This document shows positions 17,184-26,787 of a stretch of 64,000 nt of DNA, piece by piece. The notes beneath the pieces were generated by a model. It was not told the origin of the DNA, ran no database searches, and saw nothing but the letters and a program-made list of their open reading frames with translations. The stretch lies in the IMG/VR virus record IMGVR_UViG_3300033233_000001, positions 186,001 to 250,000 of that record. One strand, 5' to 3'. Position 1 is the stretch's first letter. Every line of letters starts with the position of its first letter. The position numbers and the translations under genes were made by a program.

Positions 17184-17501
17184 TCAGTGAAGCCGGCGGC
17201 GCTTCGGCTTCGACTTCGTCGTCGACGTGGCGGCGAGCCAGATCAGGCCGAGCGTGCCGGTGACACCGACGGCGATCGCCGCGACGCCGATCGCGTTCGG
17301 CCCGTGCGCCGTGATGGCGGGGGGCGTCATCGTCCATCGCACCATGTAGAGGTCGTCCCGCGGCGGAACGTGGACCGTGGCGGTCGGGCTGCGACCGCCG
17401 ATCAGATTCGGGTGGAATGGTTGGTCGCCGAGGCCGACGCGTGGATGGACGAAACGGGTAACGATGGTGCTCACTGCGCACTCCGGGGCTGTGGGTGTCA
17501 C
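17184..17501 (-). CDS. Small membrane protein, C-terminal TM plus basic tail
   Basis: AIGVAAIAVGVTGTLGLIWLAA then KSKPKRRR. Confidence 0.6.
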   Translation of the reverse strand: MTPTAPECAVSTIVTRFVHPRVGLGDQPFHPNLIGGRSPTATVHVPPRDDLYMVRWTMTPPAITAHGPNAIGVAAIAVGVTGTLGLIWLAATSTTKSKPKRRRLH

Positions 17502-17589
17502 GGTGCTCGTCGCCGTCGGGTAGGTGGTACTGCCCGGCGTCGCATCGGCTCCGCGTGTCGGCCTCGCCGACCAACGCCGCTGAGGCGGC

Positions 17590-17913
17590 GTGAAGCCGCG
17601 GCCTGCGGACGCCGCTGAGGTCGCACGCCTTCTCGGATGCCTGCGCGATCTGCACGGCGTCCAGGGGCGTCACGTCGGGTCGGTACACGTTCACGAGACG
17701 TTCCGAGGGCAGACCGCGTGGGAGGGCGACGTGGAGGTGTTCGACGTGCAGGGGCATCCGCAGACGACACGCGGCTACGCGTGGCCGCACGAGACGGATG
17801 TCGGAGGTCGGCGCTACGTCGCCGTGCTCGAAATCCCGCCGGTCACATCGGCCGAGACGGCGGTGCGCGCGGCGATCGTGAAGGAAGCGCGCGCTCGTCG
17901 AACCGGCAACTGA
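17590..17913 (+). CDS. Conserved-looking hypothetical protein
   Basis: VWEG.VEVFD..GHP...R.YAW...LEIPPV.SAETAVRAAIV pattern. Confidence 0.7.
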   Translation: MKPRPADAAEVARLLGCLRDLHGVQGRHVGSVHVHETFRGQTAWEGDVEVFDVQGHPQTTRGYAWPHETDVGGRRYVAVLEIPPVTSAETAVRAAIVKEARARRTGN

Positions 17914-17972
17914 GCAACGTTCGGGCCAGGACAGCGGCTTCACCGGCGCGACCGGCAATTTAGGACACTACC

Positions 17973-18083
17973 GTGAACCGTCGTGACTTGATCCGTCGCC
18001 TGCTGGTCAACGTGCCACGGCACAACACCATCAAGAAGCCGCTCGCGATGCAGCTGATTCGAGACGCCTGCGACGACCGGTAG
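17973..18083 (+). pseudogene. hicA: Internally deleted HicA toxin
   Basis: VNRRDLIRRL|LVNVPRHNTIKKPLAMQLIRDAC aligns with both ends of HicA 34778-34963; GGxH core absent. Confidence 0.7.
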
Positions 18084-18133
18084 CTGTTGGATCGATCTTG
18101 CGCGAAGCGGCTCCGCGCGCTAGAGACAGACCG

Positions 18134-18316
18134 ATGCCCGACGACGAGATCGTCCGCCTCCGAGCGGAAAACCTAGCCCTGCATCACGAGCGAGAGACGC
18201 TCATCGCCCTGGTGAAGCGCGCCAGCCGAGAGGTTCCCGGCGCCTTCAAGCGCGACCTGCTCGACGACCTCGACACTCTCCTCCGAGAGTCCACGGTCGG
18301 CAGGTCGCGGTCGTGA
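18134..18316 (+). CDS. Small coiled-coil hypothetical protein
   Basis: Coupled to the DUF192 gene. Confidence 0.5.
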   Translation: MPDDEIVRLRAENLALHHERETLIALVKRASREVPGAFKRDLLDDLDTLLRESTVGRSRS

Positions 18317-18705
18317 GAGCGGGCCCGCGCACCGCTTTTCTCCGCACGCCACATGGCAGCCTGCTCCACTGCGTCCTCGCCGAGACGCCAGAGCAGCGCG
18401 CGGTCGGCCTGAGCCGGGCGCACGAGGTCCCGCTGCACGGCATGCTCTTCGACTTCGGCGAGCCGGAGATCGTCAGCATGACGATGGCCGAGACCACCAT
18501 CCCGCTCGCGATGCTCTTCATCGACGAGAGCGGACGCGTCAGGCACGTCGTACCGCACGCAAGACCACACGATCCAGCGCCATACGACTGCCCGAGCCAT
18601 GTCCGCTGGGTACTAGAAACCAAGCCCGAGTACGTCGAGCGGCTCGGCGGTCTCATCGGCAAGTCGGTCGTGGTTTTCCTTCCCCACGGTCGCGCGGCGG
18701 CGTAG
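18313..18705 (+). CDS. DUF192-family protein
   Basis: LAETPEQRAVGL....GMLFDF......MTM..T.IPL..LFID..G.V...VLE. Confidence 0.85.
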   Translation: MRAGPRTAFLRTPHGSLLHCVLAETPEQRAVGLSRAHEVPLHGMLFDFGEPEIVSMTMAETTIPLAMLFIDESGRVRHVVPHARPHDPAPYDCPSHVRWVLETKPEYVERLGGLIGKSVVVFLPHGRAAA

Positions 18706-18715
18706 GATCTGTCGC

Positions 18716-18925
18716 ATGTCATCCCGACCCGAAGTCCACTTCCCGATGACCAGCGCGGTCGCGCAGAGTCAGTTTCTTCAGCAGCTTGCCCTGGCGATGG
18801 GCCTGCCGTCGAACGCGAGTGACGCGCAGATCCTCTCGCGCGCCACTGGCCTGTACAACACGATGGTGCTGATCGCCGCAGGCACGGCTGGCCAACCAGA
18901 AGCGATCATCGCGCTCACCAGCTGA
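18716..18925 (+). CDS. Hypothetical protein
   Basis: ORF in the plus-strand cluster. Confidence 0.5.
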   Translation: MSSRPEVHFPMTSAVAQSQFLQQLALAMGLPSNASDAQILSRATGLYNTMVLIAAGTAGQPEAIIALTS

Positions 18926-18939
18926 GGCTTTCGCGTGCT

Positions 18940-19170
18940 ATGTCTTGCCACGTAAAAACGGATGCTCCGATCCTTCCACTCGGAGACGAGGCCAGCCGCT
19001 TCGAGAGCGTCGACGAGGCGACGCTCGAAGAGGTGCCGTGCGCAGCATGCCACGGCGCCGGCTGGGGCATGCGGGACCTCTTCAACGGCGGCGACATCGA
19101 GGCCGCCGAGTGCGAGGCGTGCCGCGGGAGCGGGAAGAGCTACCAGTCGCCGACGCCCTCGTCGACGTAG
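18940..19170 (+). CDS. Small CxxCxGxG Zn-finger protein
   Basis: CAACHGAG...CEACRGSG. Confidence 0.6.
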   Translation: MSCHVKTDAPILPLGDEASRFESVDEATLEEVPCAACHGAGWGMRDLFNGGDIEAAECEACRGSGKSYQSPTPSST

Positions 19171-19478
19171 TTGCCGATGCCGTGCAGCGGCGTCGGCGGC
19201 ACGAGGCCGAGGCCAGCGCGCTCCATACAGCGATCGTAGGTCCACTTGGCGAAGTGACGTGCCGAGTCCGTAATCTCGAAGTCGCTCCAACCAGAGAAGT
19301 CACGCAGGCTAGCCACTATCCTTTCGTACGCGCGCTGCGATTCCTTTTCGCACTCTGCCTTGTGGCGTGCTCGGACGTCGTCCAACGTCCTCGTGGTCGG
19401 TGAAAGACCAGCGCTCCTCGGCAAAAATCCACGACCTCGCCGCTCAGCCGTCTGTCTCATGCTCATCACGCTTCTCAT
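19140..19478 (-). CDS. GLG/GIGNYV-motif protein
   Basis: Ends RAGLGL..HGIGNYVDEGVGDW, a motif shared with 59645 and 61510. Confidence 0.6.
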   Translation of the reverse strand: MRSVMSMRQTAERRGRGFLPRSAGLSPTTRTLDDVRARHKAECEKESQRAYERIVASLRDFSGWSDFEITDSARHFAKWTYDRCMERAGLGLVPPTPLHGIGNYVDEGVGDW

Positions 19479-19570
19479 AAAGACTTCCCCTCGCTCCGCC
19501 CGCCTCGGTGCCCAATCCGCAGCATCCCGAGCGTACGCCACCCCCCCCCAGTGGCGAGGTCAAGCCGTTC

Positions 19571-19954
19571 TCAGTCGAGCCTGAAGCCCAGCATCGAGAG
19601 CGCGAAGGTCACGACTTCCCGCGCCGACTTCTCGCCCTCGGCCGCCCGCTGGCTCATGAGGCGCAGGAACGTGTAGAGCACTTCCAGGTCCCGAAAGATC
19701 ACCCGCACGTGTCCGTCCTGGTGCATCGCGATGATGCGGTCTTCCGCGAAGCAGAACTCCAACAGACACCGCGCCGCCTCTCGACCAACGACCCGAACAT
19801 CCTCGTCGTCATCGAGCGGCAACGTGAACATGTCCGGCGGCGGACAGAGCGCGCTGTCACCATGCTCCATGTAGAACCAGACCTGGCGTACGAACGTCGC
19901 GTAGGCCGGAAGCTCGCCAGCCTTCAACGGAAAGAGGAGCGCGCTGTCCATCAC
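19571..19954 (-). CDS. Hypothetical protein
   Basis: Coupled to the J-domain gene. Confidence 0.65.
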   Translation of the reverse strand: MMDSALLFPLKAGELPAYATFVRQVWFYMEHGDSALCPPPDMFTLPLDDDEDVRVVGREAARCLLEFCFAEDRIIAMHQDGHVRVIFRDLEVLYTFLRLMSQRAAEGEKSAREVVTFALSMLGFRLD

Positions 19955-20565
19955 CCAGCCGCTTTCCGTACGCTGAGCATCGCATCGCGAGCACGCGTGA
20001 TCTCCTCGAAGCGAGCGCGTGCCCGCTCCTTCACCCCGTCAGGTGAGCCAGGCGGCACCATGTCCGGATGGCACTCATGCGCGAGCTTGCGGTACGCCTT
20101 CTTGATCTCGTCCTCCGAAGCGTCGATCGAGATGCCAAGCACCTCGTACGGACGAGGCCCGAACGGCATCCCTGAAGCCGCTTGCTGCGCGGCCTGAGCC
20201 GCCCGCCGAGCGCCGGCTTGCGCGGCCGTTTGAGCGGCCTGACGCGCCTGCTCTTTGGCGCGCTCGCGGAGCTTCGCGGCACCGGCATCCCAGAGAAACT
20301 TGTAGCACTTCTTGCAGGTGCCGTGGCCGTTCGTCGGGTGGACCTGCTCCATCTCGCTGATGGAGAACTGCCGCTGGCACGGAGCGCACGTGAAGGTCGA
20401 CTGAAGGTACTCGGGCGGCAAGGCAGCGATGCTCGTCTGGTTGAAGCGCTGGGCGGCCCGGAAGCCGCCCTGCTCGATGAACTCGAAGCCGCGGTCGACG
20501 AGATGCTCGACGCCGGTCTCCATCACGTCGCCGAGGATGTCTTCGATCCGCTTCTGCCTGGGCAT
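19951..20565 (-). CDS. C-terminal J-domain (DnaJ-like) protein with Zn finger; start uncertain (ORF open to 20658)
   Basis: PYEVLGI...[18 protein letters not shown]; CAPC/CKKC. Confidence 0.85.
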   Translation of the reverse strand: MPRQKRIEDILGDVMETGVEHLVDRGFEFIEQGGFRAAQRFNQTSIAALPPEYLQSTFTCAPCQRQFSISEMEQVHPTNGHGTCKKCYKFLWDAGAAKLRERAKEQARQAAQTAAQAGARRAAQAAQQAASGMPFGPRPYEVLGISIDASEDEIKKAYRKLAHECHPDMVPPGSPDGVKERARARFEEITRARDAMLSVRKAAG

Positions 20566-20621
20566 GCTCCTGGTATCGCCGAATTCGGGTCCGAGGTCAA
20601 CGGGAAGGGACTGGCCGGCGC

Positions 20622-20649
20622 TTGCAAACGGGGGGGGGCCTGATAGGAT
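20622..20649 (+). promoter_or_regulatory. Putative promoter with a G9 run in the spacer
   Basis: TTGCAA-N16(G9)-TAGGAT, TGn extension, ATG at 20657. Confidence 0.45.
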
Positions 20650-20656
20650 TTCGGCC

Positions 20657-21004
20657 ATGTCATACTCAGGACTCGGACAGGTCGATTCGGTTCCGGCAGG
20701 CGTGCGCGAGGCTGCGCTCGCGTCACTGCGAGCGGAGGGCCTCCCGGCTCCGGCGCCGGAGGACTTCGCCGCTGCGCGACGAGCGTATGATCAGGGCGTG
20801 GCTCCAAGCCCAGGCTGGACGCCGACACGGCTGGCAGAACGCGGCGCGCAGCTGTACGCACAAACACTACGCGGCGCGGCGATGAATCGACTGCCAGGTC
20901 CGTTTCTGGGCGGCGTCAGTCCGTGGTTTTGGCCGCTGCTCGGCGTGTGTGTCGCAGTGCCCGTCGCGGGCTACGCATACTATCGGCAGCGACGGGCTGG
21001 CTAA
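20657..21004 (+). CDS. MSY-GLG membrane protein on the opposite strand
   Basis: MSYSGLGQ...[25 protein letters not shown]. Confidence 0.75.
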   Translation: MSYSGLGQVDSVPAGVREAALASLRAEGLPAPAPEDFAAARRAYDQGVAPSPGWTPTRLAERGAQLYAQTLRGAAMNRLPGPFLGGVSPWFWPLLGVCVAVPVAGYAYYRQRRAG

Positions 21005-21080
21005 GCGGACTGCGCGAAGCGCTCGCCACACTCTGCGGTGGGTCTAGGGTCCGAGGTCAACGGAAAGGCGAACCTACGTG

Positions 21081-21536
21081 CTACTGGAAGCCGCGCATAA
21101 GATGCGAGAGCAAGACGTACGTTCCGGCGCCGACTCCGGCACCAACCGCTGCCCCGCCGAGTCTCGACTTCGAGTGCGCCCCGGCGGCTCCTGCGAGGAC
21201 ACTAGTGAAGGCGATGAAAGGCAGCATGGGATACCGCTGGCCTATCCAGGCCCATCCCGCCGCCGGAGGCGGAACGTAGTTCGTTTGCACCTGCATGCCG
21301 ATGGGAGGCGCCGCGACTAGACGAACGGCACCGCACGGACCGCCGGTCGGCGTGTACATATACCCGGCCGGAGCAGGCGCGCGCGGCGCCTCCGACGGGC
21401 ATGGCATACAATACGCCTCGGCAGCTGTATGCCCGGGAACGAACATCGTGCCCGACGAACAGTCGGCCTGACTCGTCGGGACAGTCGCTGCTGGCACGAT
21501 TCCGAGCGACGTTCGATAGCACGTTCGATAGCTCAT
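21081..21536 (-). CDS. MSY-type Cys/Pro-rich membrane protein
   Basis: MSYRTCYRTSLG; C-terminal TM segments. Confidence 0.7.
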   Translation of the reverse strand: MSYRTCYRTSLGIVPAATVPTSQADCSSGTMFVPGHTAAEAYCMPCPSEAPRAPAPAGYMYTPTGGPCGAVRLVAAPPIGMQVQTNYVPPPAAGWAWIGQRYPMLPFIAFTSVLAGAAGAHSKSRLGGAAVGAGVGAGTYVLLSHLMRGFQ

Positions 21537-21805
21537 CGCCTTCTCTTTCGTCGCCTGCGGTTCATCGTGAGCATCACGCCCGGCCGAACACCGCCGTAGC
21601 CGTACTGCATGCCGTAGCTTCCGCCGCCGAGCATCGGCGTCGGGTACTTGTACGCGAGCCAGCCAAGGCCGCCGAGGACAGCAAACGTGCCGATCCCGAT
21701 GCCGTACTTCCAGGCGTCCGAAAGCTCCGACATGCTGGCGGTCGGCACCGTCTCGGTACGCGTGACCGTCGTGATCGTGGACTGCCCGAGGCCGCGATAG
21801 CTCAT
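21533..21805 (-). CDS. MSY-GLG membrane protein
   Basis: MSYRGLGQ, TM, MNRRRRKRRR. Confidence 0.8.
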   Translation of the reverse strand: MSYRGLGQSTITTVTRTETVPTASMSELSDAWKYGIGIGTFAVLGGLGWLAYKYPTPMLGGGSYGMQYGYGGVRPGVMLTMNRRRRKRRR

Positions 21806-22212
21806 CGGTGACCTCGGCCGCCGCGCAGCATTTCCTTGGTCCACAGGCGGTTCTGGCCGACAGCGCTGCCGACCACGAGGGCAATGACGCCGCCGATGAT
21901 GCCGGTCCACATGACCGCATCCGGAAGGCCGAGACCACGGGTCGCAGAGGGAACCTGACCGAGAGCAACGGGCAACGGCGTGTTCGTCATCTGACGAGCG
22001 AGCGAGGTCCCAGTGTACCAAGACGTGTTCGATCGTACCGCGTCCCATCCGGCAGCGTGTTGCATGCGCGCGACCATCAGGCCTTTCATCGCCGTGCCCA
22101 TCTCCGTCGAGCCACCTGGCGTCATCATGTCCAGATAACGCTCGTGCGGTGTCCTCCGGTCCATCCGGTAGAGACGTGCCATGAGAGCATCGAGGTAGTC
22201 GTTCGGGCGCAT
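21802..22212 (-). CDS. GLG membrane protein
   Basis: ALGQ/RGLG then TM. Confidence 0.7.
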   Translation of the reverse strand: MRPNDYLDALMARLYRMDRRTPHERYLDMMTPGGSTEMGTAMKGLMVARMQHAAGWDAVRSNTSWYTGTSLARQMTNTPLPVALGQVPSATRGLGLPDAVMWTGIIGGVIALVVGSAVGQNRLWTKEMLRGGRGHR

Positions 22213-22219
22213 CGTGGCG

Positions 22220-22843
22220 TCAAGGCGGTAGGATCTGCGCGATTGCAGAGAGCTTCAGCCCGTTCCCCGCGCCGCCGCCGGTGTTGTCCGCGACGAGGTC
22301 GAGCACGTCGCCGCTGGCGAAGGCCACGGCCACCGCGGACACCTGCTGTGCGAGCGAGCCGGCGGGCACGGTGACGGTCATTCCCGTCGGCGCCGCGTTC
22401 TTGAAGATCGTGAGCACCGTGTCGGTCGTAAGCGTGCTGAACACCGGCTGCACCGTGATCTTGCTGAGTGTGCACGCCGGCATCGGATAGGCGACGGACC
22501 CGTGGATCGAGTCGCTGGCATTCTCGCTCAACGAGTCGGTAATCACGACAAGTACCTGCAAGACGTTATCGCCCTGGAACTGTCCAGAGAACTTCAGCAA
22601 GCTCGGCACAGCGCCGACAGCTGCAATCGCAACCCAGACAGCCGCGCCGGGCGTCGGGTCCGTACAGACGTACAAGGACGCCACGTCAACGACCCAGGCA
22701 AGATCGCCAGCCTGAATCTCAGACGTATACCCGCCATCCGTGAACGCCGCGGTGTTTGGCAGCTGCGCAGCGGTATTCCATTGTCCCCACCAGTGGTGAA
22801 AACGCCATGGCGCGACGGGTCTTTGGCCTGCAATGAACGTCAT
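22220..22843 (-). CDS. Putative spike/receptor-binding protein
   Basis: AGDLAWVVDVASLYVC...W fibre-type segment followed by a beta-rich domain. Confidence 0.5.
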   Translation of the reverse strand: MTFIAGQRPVAPWRFHHWWGQWNTAAQLPNTAAFTDGGYTSEIQAGDLAWVVDVASLYVCTDPTPGAAVWVAIAAVGAVPSLLKFSGQFQGDNVLQVLVVITDSLSENASDSIHGSVAYPMPACTLSKITVQPVFSTLTTDTVLTIFKNAAPTGMTVTVPAGSLAQQVSAVAVAFASGDVLDLVADNTGGGAGNGLKLSAIAQILPP

Positions 22844-22848
22844 GGTCC

Positions 22849-23367
22849 CTAGCGCTTTCTACGCCTACGATTCTTCCGTGCCCGGCGCCGGCCGCGGTTG
22901 TTCGCAAGGCTCGTGCTCTGATGCTTCTCGGCCATGAGACCGCCGAGCACGGCAAGACCGAAGACGCCAGCGGCGACTACCCCGAGCGCCGCGATCGGAC
23001 TCATTGGCGTCGCTGCCTGGCCGAGGCCACCAAGCTGACGACGGCCGGGTCTCCACCCGGCGTGGCCCATCCGAAGAGCAGGGCTGACGTGCGTCACTCT
23101 GGACGCCGATCCGCCCAACCGACGAGCGCAGTACGCCTGTCCTCTGTTCTTCAGCATGGCGCGCGCCTGAGGCTCGGAGAGCATAATCCCGTCGAGCCGG
23201 AGGTTGCGCAGCACTCCACGAATCTCCGAGGTATACCCCTCGAAGTTGCGTCGTACGGCATGGCACAGGTGGGCTGCACCGTAGGCCCGAACCCACCACA
23301 GCACCAACAGTTCGGCAGGCGACCTGGTTTCGCCCACCGCGTACATGTCCTGCCCCATGCCGTACAT
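22849..23367 (-). CDS. GLG membrane protein with basic tail
   Basis: MYGMGQ, GGLGQ, TM, ANNRGRRRARKNRRRRKR. Confidence 0.75.
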   Translation of the reverse strand: MYGMGQDMYAVGETRSPAELLVLWWVRAYGAAHLCHAVRRNFEGYTSEIRGVLRNLRLDGIMLSEPQARAMLKNRGQAYCARRLGGSASRVTHVSPALRMGHAGWRPGRRQLGGLGQAATPMSPIAALGVVAAGVFGLAVLGGLMAEKHQSTSLANNRGRRRARKNRRRRKR

Positions 23368-23376
23368 TTGAACCTC

Positions 23377-23913
23377 CTACATCACGACGAGCGAGCCGAG
23401 CCCGGAGACGGCCGGCGGCGGCACAGGCGTCGCGACGACAGGCGGCGGAGCCGACGGAAGCATCACCGGCATCGCGTGCTGCCGGCCCTGCCACCAGCGG
23501 TAGGCGAGGTAGCCGCCGCCCGCGAGAAGGAGCCACGTCATCGTGTCCGGGTTCCGACGAAGACGATGGTGCCCGCGGTTCCGACGGACGCTCTTGCCGC
23601 TCTTGCTGCTGCGCTTCTTGCTGTGACGCTTCCTGCTGGCCATGTGCTCTCTCCTGTTCGTTACTGCCTTCGACCGTGGCTTGCGACCGTGTCGCCAGCC
23701 TTCCTGCTGTTCCAGTGCCTCGCTGTTGTTGACGAAGTCGTCCGCCGTCAGGCGCGCTCGAACGCCCCCAGGCAGCGAGATCGAGTAGACATGGGCGCCG
23801 GACCCCTTCCGGCTCTCGGACGCGACCATGCCGTTCTTGCCGCGGTGCTTGCCGCCGATGATGGTCACGCTGTCACCGACGTAGGTGATGAAGCTGCGGC
23901 GCGGCGTCGTCAC
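23377..23913 (-). CDS. KOW/SH3-like domain, basic tract, RRNP, TM (possible internal start MASRK)
   Basis: VGDSVTIIGGKHRGKNG; internal AGGAG RBS. Confidence 0.65.
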   Translation of the reverse strand: MTTPRRSFITYVGDSVTIIGGKHRGKNGMVASESRKGSGAHVYSISLPGGVRARLTADDFVNNSEALEQQEGWRHGRKPRSKAVTNRREHMASRKRHSKKRSSKSGKSVRRNRGHHRLRRNPDTMTWLLLAGGGYLAYRWWQGRQHAMPVMLPSAPPPVVATPVPPPAVSGLGSLVVM

Positions 23914-24293
23914 ACGCGGCCTCCAAGCGACTGCATGTCGCCTTCGTACTGCCCGTGATCGTAGTTGCCGATACCGACGACATCGCGCATCGGCCCAATG
24001 TTCGCGCGCGCACCGGGAATGCGGCGATAGGCGAACGCGATGTCATCGCGAACCCAGCGGCTCCCGAGCCCGCTGAGCACGATCGGCGTCCGCTCATAGC
24101 CGATGTGGTGCATATAGTTGAGCGGCATCCCGATCATCATGTCGGGGCCCCAGCCGTACGGGCTGTAGATCGAGCCACGCGGCGACAGGCGCGCCGCGTA
24201 CGGATCGACCGCCTCGGCAAACCACGAGGTCGACGTCGTGCCGGGCGACACGAAGCCCATCCCTGGGCGGCGCAGCGGTCGACGGTAGCTCAT
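23910..24293 (-). CDS. MSY-GMG/GLG protein
   Basis: MSYRRPLRRPGMGF...SGLGS. Confidence 0.7.
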   Translation of the reverse strand: MSYRRPLRRPGMGFVSPGTTSTSWFAEAVDPYAARLSPRGSIYSPYGWGPDMMIGMPLNYMHHIGYERTPIVLSGLGSRWVRDDIAFAYRRIPGARANIGPMRDVVGIGNYDHGQYEGDMQSLGGRV

Positions 24294-24601
24294 CGCACGC
24301 CCGCCTGTCGAAGCGCATCGCCGATGCCGTCGAGGACCATCGCCATCTCGCGCGATACCGCTTTCCATTCGCGCGCGACCGCGCTGTCCTGCTCAGCGGC
24401 GACGGCAATGCCGCTGCTGCAAGCGAGGTCGGAAGCCATCATGTACGCCGCGAGAGCCTTCAACACGTGTCCAGTCTCCAGTTCGTCCTCAGCCGTCGAG
24501 AGGATGTGGTCTACGTCGCGCAGAGTGCGCGCAGCGCTGTTACGCACGAGCGAGCGAGGCCGGCGCGAGGGCGCTCGTCGACTGGTGCGCCTGCGTCTCA
24601 T
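24290..24601 (-). CDS. Basic-tagged small helical protein
   Basis: MRRRRTSRRAPSRRPRSLVRNS then a helical domain. Confidence 0.7.
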   Translation of the reverse strand: MRRRRTSRRAPSRRPRSLVRNSAARTLRDVDHILSTAEDELETGHVLKALAAYMMASDLACSSGIAVAAEQDSAVAREWKAVSREMAMVLDGIGDALRQAGVR

Positions 24602-25392
24602 TCGTCATCCGCCCACTTCAGTTCGTCTTCCACCTCGTCGACCCACAGCATCGGGTCACTCGCCTTGACCGAGCCACCGCCCATGCCGTCCGGAAACTTC
24701 TTGCTCTTGATCGGCGCGGTGCCCTTGTGCTCGTAGATCTCGACCGCTACCGCTCGCCCATCACCGCCATGCTCGGCGTAGTACACGCGCTGGTCATAGA
24801 AGACCGCGTCGTAGTCCTTGCCGTTCGCCGTGAATCCGGCCGTCCAGATGCCGTGCGATGTGCCGCTTTTCGCATGCCAGCCGAGCTTACGAAGCTCCTC
24901 AGTCTGGTCGTCCGACGCGAGTGACCACGCACGGATGAGACTCAGGTCTTTGCCGTGGACCTCGTCGGCGCCCCACTCGTCACTGGCGACAAACGGCGGA
25001 CTGTACTGGCCCTTCTGACACTTCAGTGTCGTGTGGCCGATGAGTGTCAGGTCCGCCTCGGCAGCATCGCGTACCTTCTCCGCGTTGCGCTCCGAGAGAT
25101 CGTGGATGCCACCGGCAGGCCACTCGACGCCGAGATCTTCGGCTGCGGCCTTGTAATCGCTCTCGTCGAGGAACGTGAAGATGCCGCACTTGCCCTCGTC
25201 GTCCAGGTAGTCGACAGCGTACTCGAAGGCGTCGTCGAAGCTGCCAGCCCACACGAGCAGTCGCAGCGGCGCGTGCGCATCGAACCACATGAGAAAAAGC
25301 TCGCCGCTGTCGGCATCGCTCCCGTTGACGATGGCGAGGTCAAGCAGATCGAAGTCGCCTCGGGCGTTCTTGCGTGTGCGCGCCATGGTCAA
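24598..25392 (-). CDS. Acidic hypothetical protein with short basic leader
   Basis: MTMARTRKNA; coupled ORF. Confidence 0.75.
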   Translation of the reverse strand: MTMARTRKNARGDFDLLDLAIVNGSDADSGELFLMWFDAHAPLRLLVWAGSFDDAFEYAVDYLDDEGKCGIFTFLDESDYKAAAEDLGVEWPAGGIHDLSERNAEKVRDAAEADLTLIGHTTLKCQKGQYSPPFVASDEWGADEVHGKDLSLIRAWSLASDDQTEELRKLGWHAKSGTSHGIWTAGFTANGKDYDAVFYDQRVYYAEHGGDGRAVAVEIYEHKGTAPIKSKKFPDGMGGGSVKASDPMLWVDEVEDELKWADDE

Positions 25393-25931
25393 CCCAGGTT
25401 CCTGGCCCGAGACTCGAAGCTGCTCTCGAACTGCCGAGCCGGCGAGCGGTCGCCGTAGACCTCGGAGTAGTCCTTGGCGTACCCGAAGTGGTGCTCGACG
25501 GCCTCGCGCGCCGTGTACGGGCCGGAGTCGAGGAACTCACGAAGTGTACTGAAGTGGAAGTAACCGACGCCGTTGATGACCTCGACGATCTGCTTGGCGG
25601 TGTCGTCCCAGGACTTCTCCGGCGACAGGCGCCACTTGTAGTCCTTCTTGTCGAGTTCGGCGACGAGCCCGACCTTCTCGAAAGCGCTCTCAACGGTCTC
25701 TTCGATCGAGGCCATGTACGCGTCATGGTACCAGGCTTCGAGGTCTGACTCGGCCTGCATGGCGAACTGCTCCGCCTCTTCGCCTTCGAGGCCCTCTTCC
25801 GCCGCCTGCCGTAGCGCGTAGCCGTAGACGTCGCTCTGGTCCATGTTCACGCTGTCCTCGAAGGACGGCAGCTTGAACGCGCGCAGGACGCTGTCGAACT
25901 CGACGATGATGGGTTTTGCTCCGCGTGCCAT
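25389..25931 (-). CDS. Acidic hypothetical protein
   Basis: ATG at 25931 after GAGG. Confidence 0.75.
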   Translation of the reverse strand: MARGAKPIIVEFDSVLRAFKLPSFEDSVNMDQSDVYGYALRQAAEEGLEGEEAEQFAMQAESDLEAWYHDAYMASIEETVESAFEKVGLVAELDKKDYKWRLSPEKSWDDTAKQIVEVINGVGYFHFSTLREFLDSGPYTAREAVEHHFGYAKDYSEVYGDRSPARQFESSFESRARNLG

Positions 25932-25938
25932 GGCTGCC

Positions 25939-26787
25939 TCAGTAGTTGAACGCGACAGACACGAGGTTGTTCGTCGGCGCAAATGTCGGCACTCCGTTGG
26001 CAGTCGCGATGAGCGCCTGTCCACCGTTCAAGTTCGGCAAGATGCCAGGCGCAAGCGGCGCAGCGCTAGTTGCAGTCCAGCGGTCCGACGTCTTACCAGC
26101 GATGGCCGCGACTTCCGCGTTGTTGCGTGTGTCCTTGAACCACTGATCGATCTCGGCCGCAGTCAACGCGAACGCACCGCCGGCCACGCCGTTGACCGAC
26201 GGGAAGATCGGATCGAGCGTGCCGAAGATCTTGAGAACCGACGCTGGCACCGCATAAGGCGCCACCGTTGCAACAGAGAACGCCTGTACGTTGTCCACGT
26301 AGAACGTTACGCGGGCGCCAGCACCTTCCGAGACGACCGTGACCAACCCGACCGTCACAGTGTCCCAGTCGTAGTTGAGCACGCCAGTCGACGCTGGCAG
26401 CCCAGTCCCAGGAAGCATGAATGGCGACTCTGCGTCGTTGCACGTCAGCACGATCAGCTGCTGATTTTCCGTGTCGCCTGGCGAAACTGTCTCCGTCAAG
26501 AATGCGGCCACACTTGCGAACAGACCGTCCGGCAACCCGGTGCCTGCGGTAACAGCAAACGCGGCTCCGAACGCCGTCGCGGTCGTCGTCACACAGGCGA
26601 AGCCGAACCACAGCGGCATTGGTCCCTGCGAGAACGACGGCGCAACAAGCGGGGCCTCGTAGTTCCAGAAGTCAGCGAACGTGTCTGCGCCGAGGTTGAA
26701 GAACCACATGTTGACCGGCGACTGCGGGCTTACGCCCTTTCGCCGGCCCCACGGACTCTTCCAGAGCATGCCCTTCTTGGCGGTCAT
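25939..26787 (-). CDS. LamG/concanavalin-like beta protein (vertex/spike candidate)
   Basis: W..V...........TFYVDNVQ...ALTAAEI..WF pattern. Confidence 0.55.
   Translation of the reverse strand: MTAKKGMLWKSPWGRRKGVSPQSPVNMWFFNLGADTFADFWNYEAPLVAPSFSQGPMPLWFGFACVTTTATAFGAAFAVTAGTGLPDGLFASVAAFLTETVSPGDTENQQLIVLTCNDAESPFMLPGTGLPASTGVLNYDWDTVTVGLVTVVSEGAGARVTFYVDNVQAFSVATVAPYAVPASVLKIFGTLDPIFPSVNGVAGGAFALTAAEIDQWFKDTRNNAEVAAIAGKTSDRWTATSAAPLAPGILPNLNGGQALIATANGVPTFAPTNNLVSVAFNY

Larger units (their letters stand above)
20587..21063 (+). repeat. 17-bp direct repeats GGGTCCGAGGTCAACGG (20587-20603, 21047-21063) flanking the gene
   Basis: Exact match read from sequence. Confidence 0.75.

Noticed and set aside
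19530-19563. TTGACC followed by a G9 run as a second phase-variable promoter
   Set aside because: No plausible -10 at 16-18 nt spacing.
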